From: an uncultured Acidobacteriota bacterium
GTDB lineage: Bacteria; Acidobacteriota; Vicinamibacteria; Vicinamibacterales; UBA8438
Direction of reading: 5' to 3'
Assembly: GCA_913043225.1 (NCBI GenBank)
Contig: CAJWLU010000006.1
Coordinates: 1 to 64,000, forward strand
Length of the DNA: 64,000 nucleotides
Shown: positions 1 through 10,197 of the stretch, piece by piece
Numbering within the stretch: the stretch's first letter is position 1
Layout of the letters: each line of letters opens with the position of its first letter
The notes under the pieces: generated by a model
The model's database searches: none
What the model saw: the letters and a program-made list of their open reading frames with translations, nothing else
What the model was told of the DNA's origin: nothing
Position numbers and translations under genes: made by a program

Positions 1-2
1 AT

Positions 3-299
3 GACTTGCTGTCGCAGGCTGTCACGTGGCAAACGCACGACATCGGTGATACGCCTGGATTTGCTGGGAACACGGAGCGTGCTCTGCGTTCCATCACGGC
101 GCGTGTGCTCTCGATGCCGTCAGAGACCGACCTGTACTTCCCGCCAGAAGACGCCATCTACGAGGCGGAGTTCATCCCGGATGTCGAACTGGTCCCGATT
201 CCGTCTATCTGGGGCCACGACGCAGGGCTAGGGATCAACCCGGATGATGTGGCCTTCTTGAACGACGAGATTGGGCGCTTCCTGCGAGGCGCCAGGTGA
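3..299 (+). CDS. alpha/beta hydrolase, homoserine O-acetyltransferase-like (C-terminal part; starts before the window)
   Basis: ALRSITARVLSMPSETDLYFPPED...IPSIWGHDAG carries the acid and His segments of MetX-like hydrolases. Confidence 0.75.
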   Translation, partial: DLLSQAVTWQTHDIGDTPGFAGNTERALRSITARVLSMPSETDLYFPPEDAIYEAEFIPDVELVPIPSIWGHDAGLGINPDDVAFLNDEIGRFLRGAR

Positions 300-569
300 G
301 AGGACATGGAGGGACACACCTGTGTGAATCCCGAGGTCGAACGAATAGTCAGAGAGAATGAGGGGGGGGAAATGTGTGCCCGGGCGCTTGCGGAGCATCG
401 CTCCACGGGCGCCCTCGAAGCCAGTCCGGCACCTGGGGCGCGCGTCGACAAGGTGTCTCGATCGGCAGTTGCGCTGATGCCCCACAGAAGGAGCGGCGCG
501 AATGAGTCCCAGCCGTTATGATCTCCCGGTTATTTACCCGTCCGGACTCGTAGAAAGGACCTCTACCCG

Positions 570-1616
570 ATGAAAGCAGTCCGTTGCCACCGCTATGCCG
601 CTCTCGATGAGGACGGGAGGCCGAAAGAGACTCCCGATCCGCTCCGTGACGTGTTGACCATCGACGAGGTCGCCGATCCCGTGTGTGGCGCCGGTGAGGT
701 GCTGGTCGAAGCCCACTTTGCCGGGGTGCAGTATCCCGATGCGTTGCAGGCGCAGGGCCTTTATCAGCACAAACCCGAGTTGCCCTATGTTCCCGGGATG
801 GACGTGTCCGGTCGGGTCGCCCAGGTGGGGGAGGAGGTTACCCATCTCGCCGTGGGCGACCGGGTGATTGCCCAGATGCAGATCGGCGGCCTGGCCGAGC
901 TGACGGTGGTGCCAGGCACCCATGCCTGGAAGGTGCCTGATGGGATCGAGTTGGCGCGGGTGGCAAATCTCGGTCGTAACTTCTTCCCGGCCTTTCATTC
1001 GCTCAAGACACTCGGGGAAGTCGGGCCGGGGAGCCTGGTGCTGGTGGATGGTGCGTCAGGCGGTGTCGGGATGGCCGCTGTCGAGTTGACTAAGGCCCTG
1101 GGAGGAAAGGTAATTGCCGCGGTCAGCACGTCAGAGAAGGCCGAGCGTGCGGCCACAGCGGGTCCGGACCGTGTGGTGTGCTACGGCCGGGATCGAGACA
1201 GTTTCAAGGCGTTCAAGAAGGCGGCTCGGGCCGCTGCGGCGGAACTGGGGCATCCCGAGGGCGTCGATGTGGTCGTCGACATGGTGCAGGGAGCTCTGTT
1301 CGAAGCGGCGTTGACTTCGGTGATCCGGCCGCTGGGCAAGATCTGCCTCGTCGGGTTCACGGCCGGGCAGAAGCCGATCCGGCCTGGCGTCATCCTGATC
1401 AAGGAGGCGTCCATCATCGGCAGCATCTGGGCGCGCTGGGCGAACGATCACCCCGAAGGGCACCAAGCGAACGTCTTGCAGATGCTGGCCTATATGGCCG
1501 ACGGCGTCGTCGCGCCTCGGGTCGACCGTCTCTTCCCGTTCGATGACGTGGTGTCCGCTTTCGAACTCTTCGAGCGGAACGAAGGCCGCGGCAATACGGT
1601 GGTCCAGATCCGCTAG
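570..1616 (+). CDS. NADPH:quinone oxidoreductase family (MDR superfamily)
   Basis: PYVPGMDVSGRV, VLVDGASGGVGMAAVELTK nucleotide-binding motif; AAGGA RBS upstream. Confidence 0.85.
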   Translation: MKAVRCHRYAALDEDGRPKETPDPLRDVLTIDEVADPVCGAGEVLVEAHFAGVQYPDALQAQGLYQHKPELPYVPGMDVSGRVAQVGEEVTHLAVGDRVIAQMQIGGLAELTVVPGTHAWKVPDGIELARVANLGRNFFPAFHSLKTLGEVGPGSLVLVDGASGGVGMAAVELTKALGGKVIAAVSTSEKAERAATAGPDRVVCYGRDRDSFKAFKKAARAAAAELGHPEGVDVVVDMVQGALFEAALTSVIRPLGKICLVGFTAGQKPIRPGVILIKEASIIGSIWARWANDHPEGHQANVLQMLAYMADGVVAPRVDRLFPFDDVVSAFELFERNEGRGNTVVQIR

Positions 1617-1711
1617 CGTGACACTGTCGGCGCCCGTTTTCGTTGAGCGCGGGTCACGGCCGAGGTATCCTTGAAGGGACATCTCGACTTAGAGCGACAT
1701 CTGGAGTCAGT

Positions 1712-3202
1712 ATGCGCTGCCAACACTCGCCTGTCGCTTGGATACTCTGTAGCACCGCGCTCGTGCTGGGAGCGTCCGCTCCGATGGTCGCCCAGTCGCC
1801 GCTCGAGGCGGCGAAGGCTGGAGCCTGGGGCCAGCTCGCCTCTGTTTTGGCGGCAGGAGCGAAGGTGGATGCCTCACAGCCTGACGGCGCGACAGCTCTG
1901 CACTGGGCCGCGTACCACGATGCGCCGGACGGCGTGAGCCTGCTCCTGCGTCACGGGGCCGCTCCCGATGTCCAAAACGATTACGGGGTGACGGCGCTCT
2001 CACTGGCCTGTGAGAACGGGTCGGCAAACGTGGTGTCTCGCCTGGTTGCGGCGGGTGCCAATCCGAATCTGGCTCGCGAGACGGGTGAAACCCCGTTGAT
2101 GACCTGTGCGCGAACAGGCGACGTACAGGCAGTCACCGCCTTGCTCGACGCGGGCGCCGATCATGCTGAAGGCGACGCTTGGTACGGCCAGACGGCTCTT
2201 ATGGCGGCTGCCGGTGAAGGTCACACGGACGTGGCCGCCGCGCTGGTCGCGCGTGGCGCCGATGTGCGGGCGCGCTCGTTTCGCGGGTTCACGGCCCTGC
2301 TGATCGCGGCTCGGCACGACGTGCCGGGCCTGGCCCAGCTCCTGATCGAGGCAGGAGCTGATGTGAACGCCGCTACCCCGGACGGGCTGACCCCCCTCCT
2401 GGTCGCGGTCGTCCGTGGCCACGTGGACGCCGCGATCGCGCTGCTGGAGCAGGGCGCCGAGCCGAATCACGCCGCGACCGGCTATACGCCGCTGCACTAC
2501 GCTGCTGGCGCATGGCACACGGAGCTGACCGGCAATCTGCAGGGGATCGAGACAGCGAGAGAAGCGGAGTGGCGTTTCCTGAACGAAGTCGGGCCGGGGC
2601 GGTTGCGATTGGTTGAGGCGTTACTCGCGCATGGAGCGGACCCCGATGCGCGCCTTGAAAAGAGTCCACCTGCCTTTGGTTTCGCCAGTGCTCGGTTCCG
2701 GGTTAGCATGCTCGGCTCCACCCCGTTTTTGCTGGCGGCGCTTGACGCCGACGTGCCGGTCATGCGCGCACTGGCTGCGGCGGGCGCCGACCTGAGTCTG
2801 ACGACCAACGAGGGGACGACCCCGTTGATGGTGGCCGCAGGTCTGGGGCAGGTCCCCGCGGAGACGAGGGTGACGCCCGGACAGTCACTGGAGGCGGTGA
2901 CATTCCTCCTGGGGCGAAACGCGCCAGTCAACGCAATCAACGATCGTGGACGGAGCGCCCTTCACGGTGCGGCCCATATCCGATCGGACCTGATCGTGCA
3001 GCTGCTCTTCGACCACGGCGCAGAGCTCGACGTCGTCGACGATCGCGGTATTACGCCATTGATGATCGCCGAAGGCGGGGGCCACATCCTGTTGCCCGGG
3101 TTGGGTGGAGGGAGCACTGCGGAGCTGCTTAAGGAGCTGGGAAGCGCTAGCTTTGATCCTGCCGCGATGATCGAGAACTACAACGAAGGGCGGATCCGCT
3201 AG
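1712..3202 (+). CDS. exported ankyrin repeat protein
   Basis: More than ten ankyrin repeats (GATALHWAA, GETPLM, GQTALM, GYTPLHYA, GRSALHGA); signal-like N-terminus; ATG 1712 after GGAG. Confidence 0.9.
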   Translation: MRCQHSPVAWILCSTALVLGASAPMVAQSPLEAAKAGAWGQLASVLAAGAKVDASQPDGATALHWAAYHDAPDGVSLLLRHGAAPDVQNDYGVTALSLACENGSANVVSRLVAAGANPNLARETGETPLMTCARTGDVQAVTALLDAGADHAEGDAWYGQTALMAAAGEGHTDVAAALVARGADVRARSFRGFTALLIAARHDVPGLAQLLIEAGADVNAATPDGLTPLLVAVVRGHVDAAIALLEQGAEPNHAATGYTPLHYAAGAWHTELTGNLQGIETAREAEWRFLNEVGPGRLRLVEALLAHGADPDARLEKSPPAFGFASARFRVSMLGSTPFLLAALDADVPVMRALAAAGADLSLTTNEGTTPLMVAAGLGQVPAETRVTPGQSLEAVTFLLGRNAPVNAINDRGRSALHGAAHIRSDLIVQLLFDHGAELDVVDDRGITPLMIAEGGGHILLPGLGGGSTAELLKELGSASFDPAAMIENYNEGRIR

Positions 3203-5565
3203 TGGGTGAAGCTTTGGAGCGCGTCCTGGCGTTGATCCTGGTCGCCGGGTTCGTCCTGTCGGGGAGCGGAGCTTCTGCGCAGAGCCCCGATACTGCCGAA
3301 TATCGCGCGGTGCTCGATCAGTATTGCATCGCGTGTCACAACTCCCGCACCATGGCGGGCGGGCTGTCGTTGGCCGAACTGGAACTCGACCTCTCCGGTT
3401 CGAACGCCCAGGTGTGGGAGAAGGTGCTGCAGAAACTGCAGACCCGGTCGATGCCTCCCGCGCGGCGTCCCCGTCCGGTGGAGGCCGTGTATGCCGGTTT
3501 CACCCGGTGGCTGGAAGTGGGGCTGGACGCCGCGGCTGCCGAGAGGCCGAACCCGGGTCGTCCCACGCTGCATCGTCTCAATCGACAGGAGTATGCCAAT
3601 GCCATTCGCGATTTGTTTGGGCTTGAGATCGCTGTCGAGACGCTGCTGCCGCCCGACGACATGGCGTTCGGTTTCGATAACAACGCCGACATCCTGACGG
3701 TGTCGCCCGGGCTGCTTGAGCGCTACATGTCGTCGGCCCGCCGTGTCGCCAGGCTCGCGGTAGAGGCGAGCGAGATCGAGCGGGATGTAGTGGTGTACGA
3801 GGTGTCCCATCTGGCGCATCAGGATAGCCGCATGAGCGAGGATCTGCCGTTCGGTTCGCGCGGTGGGACGGCGGTGCGGCACCACTTTCCTCTGGATGCC
3901 GAATACCGGTTGAAAGTGACGCTGGCCGGGCGGGTGCGAGAGCCTCAGATTGTGGATGTGCGGCTGGATGGGGTCAGGGTGGCCGCGGTGCCGGTGGGCG
4001 ACTGGCCGGATGGGCGTGCCCCAGCTACTACGGGTAGTGGCATGCTTGAGGATGGGGCGATTGTGGTCCGGTTGCCGATCGCGGCCGGGAATCATCTCGT
4101 AAGCGCTTCGTTTCTGCGGCGAACCCCGGCGAACGAAGGGGTGGCGCCAGACCGTCTTCCCCTCTGGACCTTCTCGACGGGTTCTGGCTCTCCCCTTGCG
4201 CTTGAGGCCCTCGCGGTCGAGGGGCCGTTTCAACCGGACGAAGTGCCGGCTCAGGCCGGTGTGGCTAGGTCACCAAGAGACAGGCTATTCCACTGTCGGG
4301 CGACGTCAGTGGCAGACGAGGCTACGTGCGCGGATGAGATTCTTGGCCGGCTAGCCAGGCGCGCTCTGCGGCGTTCGGTGTCCGACGACGATCTGGTCGC
4401 GCTCCGAGCGTTCTTCGCGGAAGGGCGTCAACGGGGTAGCTTCCGCGCCGGAATTCAGCGCGCTCTGGAATTGCTGCTGGTCGACCCAGAGTTTCTGTTC
4501 CGATTGGAACAGGATCCCAGCGGTCTCCCTCCCGGGACGCCGTATCAACTCAGCGACTTCGAGCTGGCCTCGCGCCTCTCGTTCTTTCTGTGGAGCAGCC
4601 TGCCCGACGATGAGCTGTTGGAGGCGGCCGAGGCGGGGCGCCTCGGGGATCCAGTCGAACTCGAGGCTCAGGTCCGACGGATGCTGGCGGACGAGCGGGC
4701 CACGACGCTCGTGAGTAGCTTCGCGTCGCAGTGGCTACAACTCCGACGGATGCAGTCGGTCGCTCCGGATGTCAATGCGTTTCCGGAGTTTGACGAGACC
4801 CTCCGAGAGGCGCTGATCCGCGAGACCGAGCTACTGTTTGCCGATCAGTTGCGTGCCGATCGCAGCGTAGTGGAGCTGCTGACCGCGGACTACAGCTTCC
4901 TGAACGAGCGTCTGGCGGGCCATTACGGCATCCCGGGAGTTTACGGCAGTCGATTCCGCCGAGTCGTCTTCGATGACGACCGGCGACGTGGATTGCTGGG
5001 ACAGGGCAGCATCCTGACGGTGACCTCTCACGCTACCCGGACGTCCCCCGTGGTGCGAGGCAAATGGGTGCTCGAGAACATCCTGGGTGCGCCGCCCCCC
5101 GCGCCGCCTCCCGATGTGCCGCCGCTTCCGGAGCGCGACGACGCCGACGAGCCGGTGTCGATGCGGGCACGTATGGAGGCGCATCGCGCCAATCCGGTCT
5201 GCTCGGCGTGTCACGCTCAGATGGATCCACTCGGCTTCGCGCTGGAGCAGTTCGATGCGGTCGGCAAGTACCGGGAAGAAGAGGGTGGCGTCCCAGTGGA
5301 TCCTTCGGGGACAATGCCTGACGGTGCTGAGTTCGATGGACTGTCTGATCTGCGCACGATCTTGTTCGAGCGGCGCGACGAGTTCGTGGCGACGGTTGCC
5401 GAGAAGCTGCTGACCTACGCGTTGGGACGCGGGGTCGAGTATTACGACCGTCCGGCCCTTCGTGACATCGTGCGCGAGGCTGAGGCCGACGATTACCGCT
5501 GGTCGTCGCTTATCGTAGCGATCACTAAGAGCCTACCGTTCCAGATGAGGAGCACGGAGTCATGA
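3202..5565 (+). CDS. DUF1592/DUF1588/DUF1587/DUF1595/DUF1585-type exported protein with c-type heme motifs
   Basis: CIACH (3325-3339), HRLNRQEYANAIRDL, ELASRLSFFLWSSLPDDEL, RTSPVVRGKWVLENILG, CSACH (5200-5214), DPLGFALEQFDAVG; GTG overlaps the upstream TAG. Confidence 0.9.
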   Translation: MGEALERVLALILVAGFVLSGSGASAQSPDTAEYRAVLDQYCIACHNSRTMAGGLSLAELELDLSGSNAQVWEKVLQKLQTRSMPPARRPRPVEAVYAGFTRWLEVGLDAAAAERPNPGRPTLHRLNRQEYANAIRDLFGLEIAVETLLPPDDMAFGFDNNADILTVSPGLLERYMSSARRVARLAVEASEIERDVVVYEVSHLAHQDSRMSEDLPFGSRGGTAVRHHFPLDAEYRLKVTLAGRVREPQIVDVRLDGVRVAAVPVGDWPDGRAPATTGSGMLEDGAIVVRLPIAAGNHLVSASFLRRTPANEGVAPDRLPLWTFSTGSGSPLALEALAVEGPFQPDEVPAQAGVARSPRDRLFHCRATSVADEATCADEILGRLARRALRRSVSDDDLVALRAFFAEGRQRGSFRAGIQRALELLLVDPEFLFRLEQDPSGLPPGTPYQLSDFELASRLSFFLWSSLPDDELLEAAEAGRLGDPVELEAQVRRMLADERATTLVSSFASQWLQLRRMQSVAPDVNAFPEFDETLREALIRETELLFADQLRADRSVVELLTADYSFLNERLAGHYGIPGVYGSRFRRVVFDDDRRRGLLGQGSILTVTSHATRTSPVVRGKWVLENILGAPPPAPPPDVPPLPERDDADEPVSMRARMEAHRANPVCSACHAQMDPLGFALEQFDAVGKYREEEGGVPVDPSGTMPDGAEFDGLSDLRTILFERRDEFVATVAEKLLTYALGRGVEYYDRPALRDIVREAEADDYRWSSLIVAITKSLPFQMRSTES

Positions 5566-6920
5566 TCATCACCAAGCGGACGTTGCCTCGACGCACCATG
5601 CTGCGGGGGCTTGGGACCGCCGTGGCGTTGCCGCTGCTCGAGAGCATGGTGCCCGCCATGACCGCGCTTGCCAAGACCGAGGCGCGCGGCAAGCCGAGGC
5701 TCGGGATGGTGTACGTCCCGCACGGTGCGGTTATGGACAAGTGGACCCCGGAAGCTGACGGGGCAGCGTTCGAATTCACGCCGATCCTGCAGCCGCTCGA
5801 GTCGTTCCGGGAGCGACTACTTGTGCTGACCGGGATGGACCACAAGCCGGCTGCTCAGATGCCGGGTGACCCGGCTGGTGGGCATGGGCGGATCACCGGC
5901 GCCTTCCTGACCGGCGTGCATGCGAAGCCGACCGAAGGGGCCGACTTCGAGGCCGGCACCTCGATGGATCAGATTGCGGCGGCGCACTTGGGGAAGCAAA
6001 CACAGCTTGCCTCGCTCGAGGTCGGCGTCTCGCTGCCAGATTTTGGGGGGGCCTGCGATGCAGGTTTCAGCTGTGCGTATGTGAGCACCCTTAGCTGGAG
6101 TTCACCCACGACACCGCTCCCGATGGAGAGCAATCCGCGCGCCCTGTTTGAGCGGTTGTTCGGCGATGGCACGAGCACGGATCCGGCGGCCCGCCAGGAG
6201 CGGAGGGCGCGCGATAGCAGCGTCCTGGATGCCGTGACCAACAAGGTGGCGCGACTGCAGCAGGGACTGGGCGCCGCCGACCGCGCTAAGCTGACCGACT
6301 ACCTGACCGCGGTTCGCGATATCGAGCGACGAATCGAGCGGGCCGAGGCGGACGCTGAGCGAGAACTGCCGGTGGTGGATCGTCCGGCGGCGGGTACCCC
6401 AGATTCGTTCGAGGAGCACGTGAAGGTGCTTTTCGACATGCAGGTACTCGCCTATCAGGCCGACCTGACGCGGGTGATCAGTTTCTTGATGACACCGGAA
6501 CTCACGCCGCAGACCTATCCGCAGATCGGGGTGCCTGATCCGCATCATGCGCTGTCGCACCACGAGAACCGACCGGAGAGTTTGGCGAAGCTCGTGAAGC
6601 TTCAGAGTTATCACACGGGCCTCTTCCGCTACTACCTCGACAAGCTCCAGCAGACGCCAGATGGCGAACAAACGCTGCTCGACCAGGTGATGGTTATGTA
6701 TGGCAGCGGCATGAGTAACAGTAACTTGCATAACATCCAGAACTTGCCGATGCTGGTCGCGGGCGGGGGTGCTGGGCGTCTCACCGGCGGGCGTCACCTG
6801 CGTTATGCGGAGGGGACGCCGCTCGCGAACCTGTTCATGGCGCTGCTGACGAAGCTCGACGTGCCGGTCGAGCAGTTCGGCGACAGCACTGGCACCTTGC
6901 AGCACTTGAACGACGTGTAG
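5562..6920 (+). CDS. DUF1552 (HXXSHH) family protein, Tat-like signal
   Basis: PRRTMLRGLGTAVALPLLESM N-terminus; HHALSHH motif; ATGA overlap with the DUF1592 gene. Confidence 0.9.
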   Translation: MIITKRTLPRRTMLRGLGTAVALPLLESMVPAMTALAKTEARGKPRLGMVYVPHGAVMDKWTPEADGAAFEFTPILQPLESFRERLLVLTGMDHKPAAQMPGDPAGGHGRITGAFLTGVHAKPTEGADFEAGTSMDQIAAAHLGKQTQLASLEVGVSLPDFGGACDAGFSCAYVSTLSWSSPTTPLPMESNPRALFERLFGDGTSTDPAARQERRARDSSVLDAVTNKVARLQQGLGAADRAKLTDYLTAVRDIERRIERAEADAERELPVVDRPAAGTPDSFEEHVKVLFDMQVLAYQADLTRVISFLMTPELTPQTYPQIGVPDPHHALSHHENRPESLAKLVKLQSYHTGLFRYYLDKLQQTPDGEQTLLDQVMVMYGSGMSNSNLHNIQNLPMLVAGGGAGRLTGGRHLRYAEGTPLANLFMALLTKLDVPVEQFGDSTGTLQHLNDV

Positions 6921-7639
6921 TGTCCGGCGACCTGGCGTTCATCGGGGACGTCCATCTCGATCAGGACGACGAGCTGCTCGGTCCGTTTCTGCGCTGGCTC
7001 GACCATCTTGAGACCACCTGCGCCGGACTCGTCTTCATCGGGGACCTCTTTAATCTCTGGCTGGGTGACCGCTCAATGGAACGCCCGCACCAGACTGCGG
7101 TCGTGGGCCGCCTTGCGCGACTGCGCGAGCGCGGGATGGCGGTCACGTATATCGAAGGCAATCGCGACTATCGGGTCGGCGACGCTTACGCCGGGCTGGC
7201 CTTCGACGAAGTGGTCGCCGAGTCGTGGACGACCAGGATTGGTGTGACCCGTGTCTGGGCCGCGCATGGCGACCTGGTCAATGTCCGGGATCATCAGTAT
7301 CAAATCTGGCGACGGTTCAGCCGCTGGGCACCCGCGTGGCGGTTGTTCACGCTACTGCCTTCAGGGTCCCGCCTGCGGTGGGCCGACCGTATAGAGCAGC
7401 GAATGCGGACGACCAACCTCGCGTACAAGGCCACGTTTCCAGAGTCGTTGGTACGCGCCTACGGGCAGAAGGCGTTGGGCCAGGGGCACGACCTGATCGT
7501 GCTCGGTCACTTTCATCTGGAGCGGGATCTGCCCGCCGATGATGGGCGGATCGTCGTCCTCCCGTCATGGCGGGAAGAGGGTCGGTTCCTCCGGGTCGAC
7601 CAGGCCGGGAACGCGAGATTCGAGATGGCTCCGGTCTGA
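6920..7639 (+). CDS. lpxH: UDP-2,3-diacylglucosamine diphosphatase-like metallophosphoesterase
   Basis: GDVH, GDLF, EGNRD, AHGD and GHFH calcineurin-like motifs; GNRD is typical of LpxH. Confidence 0.7.
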   Translation: MSGDLAFIGDVHLDQDDELLGPFLRWLDHLETTCAGLVFIGDLFNLWLGDRSMERPHQTAVVGRLARLRERGMAVTYIEGNRDYRVGDAYAGLAFDEVVAESWTTRIGVTRVWAAHGDLVNVRDHQYQIWRRFSRWAPAWRLFTLLPSGSRLRWADRIEQRMRTTNLAYKATFPESLVRAYGQKALGQGHDLIVLGHFHLERDLPADDGRIVVLPSWREEGRFLRVDQAGNARFEMAPV

Positions 7640-7660
7640 GCTACCGTACGTCTTCCCGCG

Positions 7661-7666
7661 TATAGT
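7661..7666 (+). promoter_or_regulatory. putative -10 box (TATAGT), possibly driving a leaderless transcript
   Basis: TATAGT ends 7 nt before ATG 7674; no Shine-Dalgarno visible. Confidence 0.4.
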
Positions 7667-7673
7667 TATGTCT

Positions 7674-8582
7674 ATGCTGACCCGACGATCGCTCTTGATG
7701 GTGCCGCTCGCAGCGCCGCTGGCCAGTCTGGTGAACGCACAGAGCGCGTCCCCGGGAAAGATGCTGTTGGCGATGCATCAGAACACCACTAGGGCCGCCG
7801 GGTTCCAGGCCTCGATGGAAGGCTGGGCGCGGGCAGGTATTCGGTATGTCGAGCTGGGGGCGCCGCAGCTAAATGCGTTCCTCGAGGGCAATACCTTAGC
7901 GGCGGCGCGACGGCTCCTGGCCGACCTTGATCTCATCCCGGTGTCGGCCGCAATGGTGCTGCAGGATCTCTGGTTGCCCGGACCTGCGCGAGCCGAGTCA
8001 CTTGAGGCGTGGCGACGTGGATGCGAGCAGATGGCGGAGCTCGGGCTTAGACGGGTCTACTCGCCCTCGATTACCAACCGACCGTTGACCACGGACGACT
8101 TCGTCGCCACACCGGCGGCGATTCATGAGGCGGGGGAGATCGCGGCCGAGTTTGAGCTCGATTGCATGATCGAGTTCACGCGAACGTCGACGCATCTGGC
8201 CACGTTGACTTCCGCGCTCGACAACATCAGATCGGCGGGACACCCGAGGGTGAAGCCGATGCTCGACTTCTTTCATTTCTGGTCGGGGTTAAGCAAGTTT
8301 GAGGACCTGGACCTCCTGCAGCCGGGCGAGCTCGCCCACGCTCACTTCCAGGATCTGCGCTCGGGTCCTCGGGAGCTGATCGACAACGACTCCAGACTGA
8401 TTCCCGGGGACGGGATAGCCCCGGTCGAACGCATTCTCCAGAAGCTGGCGGAGAAGGAGTACGCCGGGTCGTTGTCGGTGGAGCTGTTCCGTACCGAGTT
8501 CGTCGATGGCGATCCCTATGAGGTGGCGTCCGAGATCCGCCCGAAATGTGAAGAGGTGATGCGGGCCGCTGGAGTCCTGTAG
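7674..8582 (+). CDS. sugar phosphate isomerase/epimerase (xylose isomerase-like TIM barrel), Tat signal
   Basis: MLTRRSLL signal; IEF, LDFFH, HFQD, RLIPGDG and SVELF motifs; alternative ATG at 7668. Confidence 0.8.
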   Translation: MLTRRSLLMVPLAAPLASLVNAQSASPGKMLLAMHQNTTRAAGFQASMEGWARAGIRYVELGAPQLNAFLEGNTLAAARRLLADLDLIPVSAAMVLQDLWLPGPARAESLEAWRRGCEQMAELGLRRVYSPSITNRPLTTDDFVATPAAIHEAGEIAAEFELDCMIEFTRTSTHLATLTSALDNIRSAGHPRVKPMLDFFHFWSGLSKFEDLDLLQPGELAHAHFQDLRSGPRELIDNDSRLIPGDGIAPVERILQKLAEKEYAGSLSVELFRTEFVDGDPYEVASEIRPKCEEVMRAAGVL

Positions 8583-8603
8583 TTGATTGGAATGAGGAGT
8601 ACC

Positions 8604-9464
8604 ATGCGCATTTACATCCGACATTGCATCGCGACGGCGACCTTGCTAGTGGTGGTCGGGAGCAGCTTTGCGTCTGGCCAGAACCCGGACTGGACGCGTC
8701 CGTTCGAAGGCCACCGTGTGATCGGGAATCTCTATGCGGTCGGCACTTATGACCTGAGCGTCTTCCTGATCGCCGGGAGCGAGGGCCATATTCTCGTCAA
8801 TACTGCGCTCGAAGACTCAGTCTCCTTGCTCAGGGAGAACGTCGAGTCGCTCGGGTTTCGTCTCGAGGACATCAAGATCCTGCTGCAGATGCAGGCTCAC
8901 TGGGATCATACGGCGGCGCTGGCTGAGATCAAGGAGATCACGGGCGCTGAGATGTGGGCCACACTTCACGATGCGTCCGTGCTGGCCGATGGCGGATTCA
9001 GCGACCCGCACTTCGGCGGGCGAGAATCGTTCGCTCCGATCGAGGCCGACAAGATCATCCGTGACGGTGAGGTGATCGAGCTTGGCGATATCACGCTGAC
9101 CGTGCTGGAGACGCCAGGACATACGGCAGGGAGTTCGAGCTATCTCATGAAGGTGAGGGAGGGAGGACGGGACTATGACGTGGCGATCGCGAACATGGCC
9201 ACGATCAACCCCGGCAAGCGGCTGGTCGAGAACCCGACATACCCGGGCGTGGCCGATGACTTCGCCGAGACGTTCCGGAAGCAGAAAGCGCTCGACGTCG
9301 ACGTCTGGGTTTCGGCGCATGGGTCCCAATATGGCCTGCACGACAAATACGAGGCGGGACAGGCGTATAGCCCAGATACTTTCGTCGATCCTGAGGGGTT
9401 CCTCGCCGCCGTCGAGCGGCTGGAAGAGGCTTACCAAGAGCAGCTACGGTCGGAAGGTCGGTAG
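8604..9464 (+). CDS. subclass B3 metallo-beta-lactamase-like protein (Gln116 variant)
   Basis: Signal peptide; WTRPF, GNLYAVGT, QAHWDH, TPGHTAG, SAH; GAGGAG RBS. Confidence 0.85.
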   Translation: MRIYIRHCIATATLLVVVGSSFASGQNPDWTRPFEGHRVIGNLYAVGTYDLSVFLIAGSEGHILVNTALEDSVSLLRENVESLGFRLEDIKILLQMQAHWDHTAALAEIKEITGAEMWATLHDASVLADGGFSDPHFGGRESFAPIEADKIIRDGEVIELGDITLTVLETPGHTAGSSSYLMKVREGGRDYDVAIANMATINPGKRLVENPTYPGVADDFAETFRKQKALDVDVWVSAHGSQYGLHDKYEAGQAYSPDTFVDPEGFLAAVERLEEAYQEQLRSEGR

Positions 9465-9602
9465 CGGCAGGGCAAGGGTGGTCCGGATGCTGCACACCTC
9501 CTCCGGGGTGTGCTCCTGCACGATCTCCTGCTTCAGTACTCGGGCGACCACACTCGCCACAGCAAGGTCGTAGCTTGCGACGGATCACTCGTCGACGCGG
9601 CC

Positions 9603-10091
9603 CTAGGGGGAGACGCACCCGATGGCCGTATCGGGACCGTGAGAGATGGTGGCGTGAATCCGCCAGCCGTTAGGGGTTATTCCATAGATGTAAGTCGAGC
9701 CCATTTCCGCCATCACGCTACCGTCGGTGTGGTACCGCTCGATTCGCCCGCTGATGATGGCCGTCCCAGGGTTCGGTGAACAGATGACCGGTTCGGGAAG
9801 CTCTGAACGGTCGTAGCCCTGGGGCGAGAGCGATTCGGTTGCCTGGGCGAAACTGGTTTCAACCTCCTCGGCGCTCGACGAAACCGCGACGCCAGAGCTC
9901 CCAAACTGTAGTCGGTTCGGGTGATAGATTTCCTCGGCGATCCGCTTCGCGTTACCTTCGGCAAAGTAGCCGTAGTAGAGCTCGTGTAAGCGACGGACTT
10001 CGTCATTGGCACTCTGACGCCCGACGACGCCGCCTGTGCCGAGTCCTACCAGCAGTGCGGTAAGAGCGATGAGCATGCCACCTCTGGCCAT
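9603..10091 (-). CDS. exported NTF2/SnoaL-like protein
   Basis: Hydrophobic N-terminus, GGAGG RBS, C-terminal TYIYGITPNGWRI strand. Confidence 0.6.
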   Translation of the reverse strand: MARGGMLIALTALLVGLGTGGVVGRQSANDEVRRLHELYYGYFAEGNAKRIAEEIYHPNRLQFGSSGVAVSSSAEEVETSFAQATESLSPQGYDRSELPEPVICSPNPGTAIISGRIERYHTDGSVMAEMGSTYIYGITPNGWRIHATISHGPDTAIGCVSP

Positions 10092-10156
10092 CTTGTTTCC
10101 TCCAGTGAATCGATTCTATCCCTGACCTGGCGGTCAGAATGGGTGATCGTGCTGAG

Positions 10157-10162
10157 TATAAT
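10157..10162 (+). promoter_or_regulatory. consensus -10 box TATAAT
   Basis: Perfect TATAAT in the divergent intergenic region, 35 nt before ATG 10198. Confidence 0.55.
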
Positions 10163-10197
10163 TCTGGAGGAGAGACGGTTATGGCGAGGAGAGTCAG

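Noticed and set aside
306..521. 71-aa ORF with RBS-like GAGGA and a G8 tract at 362-369 (phase variation?)
   Set aside because: No recognisable domain, and I saw no longer gene that a slip in the tract would restore.
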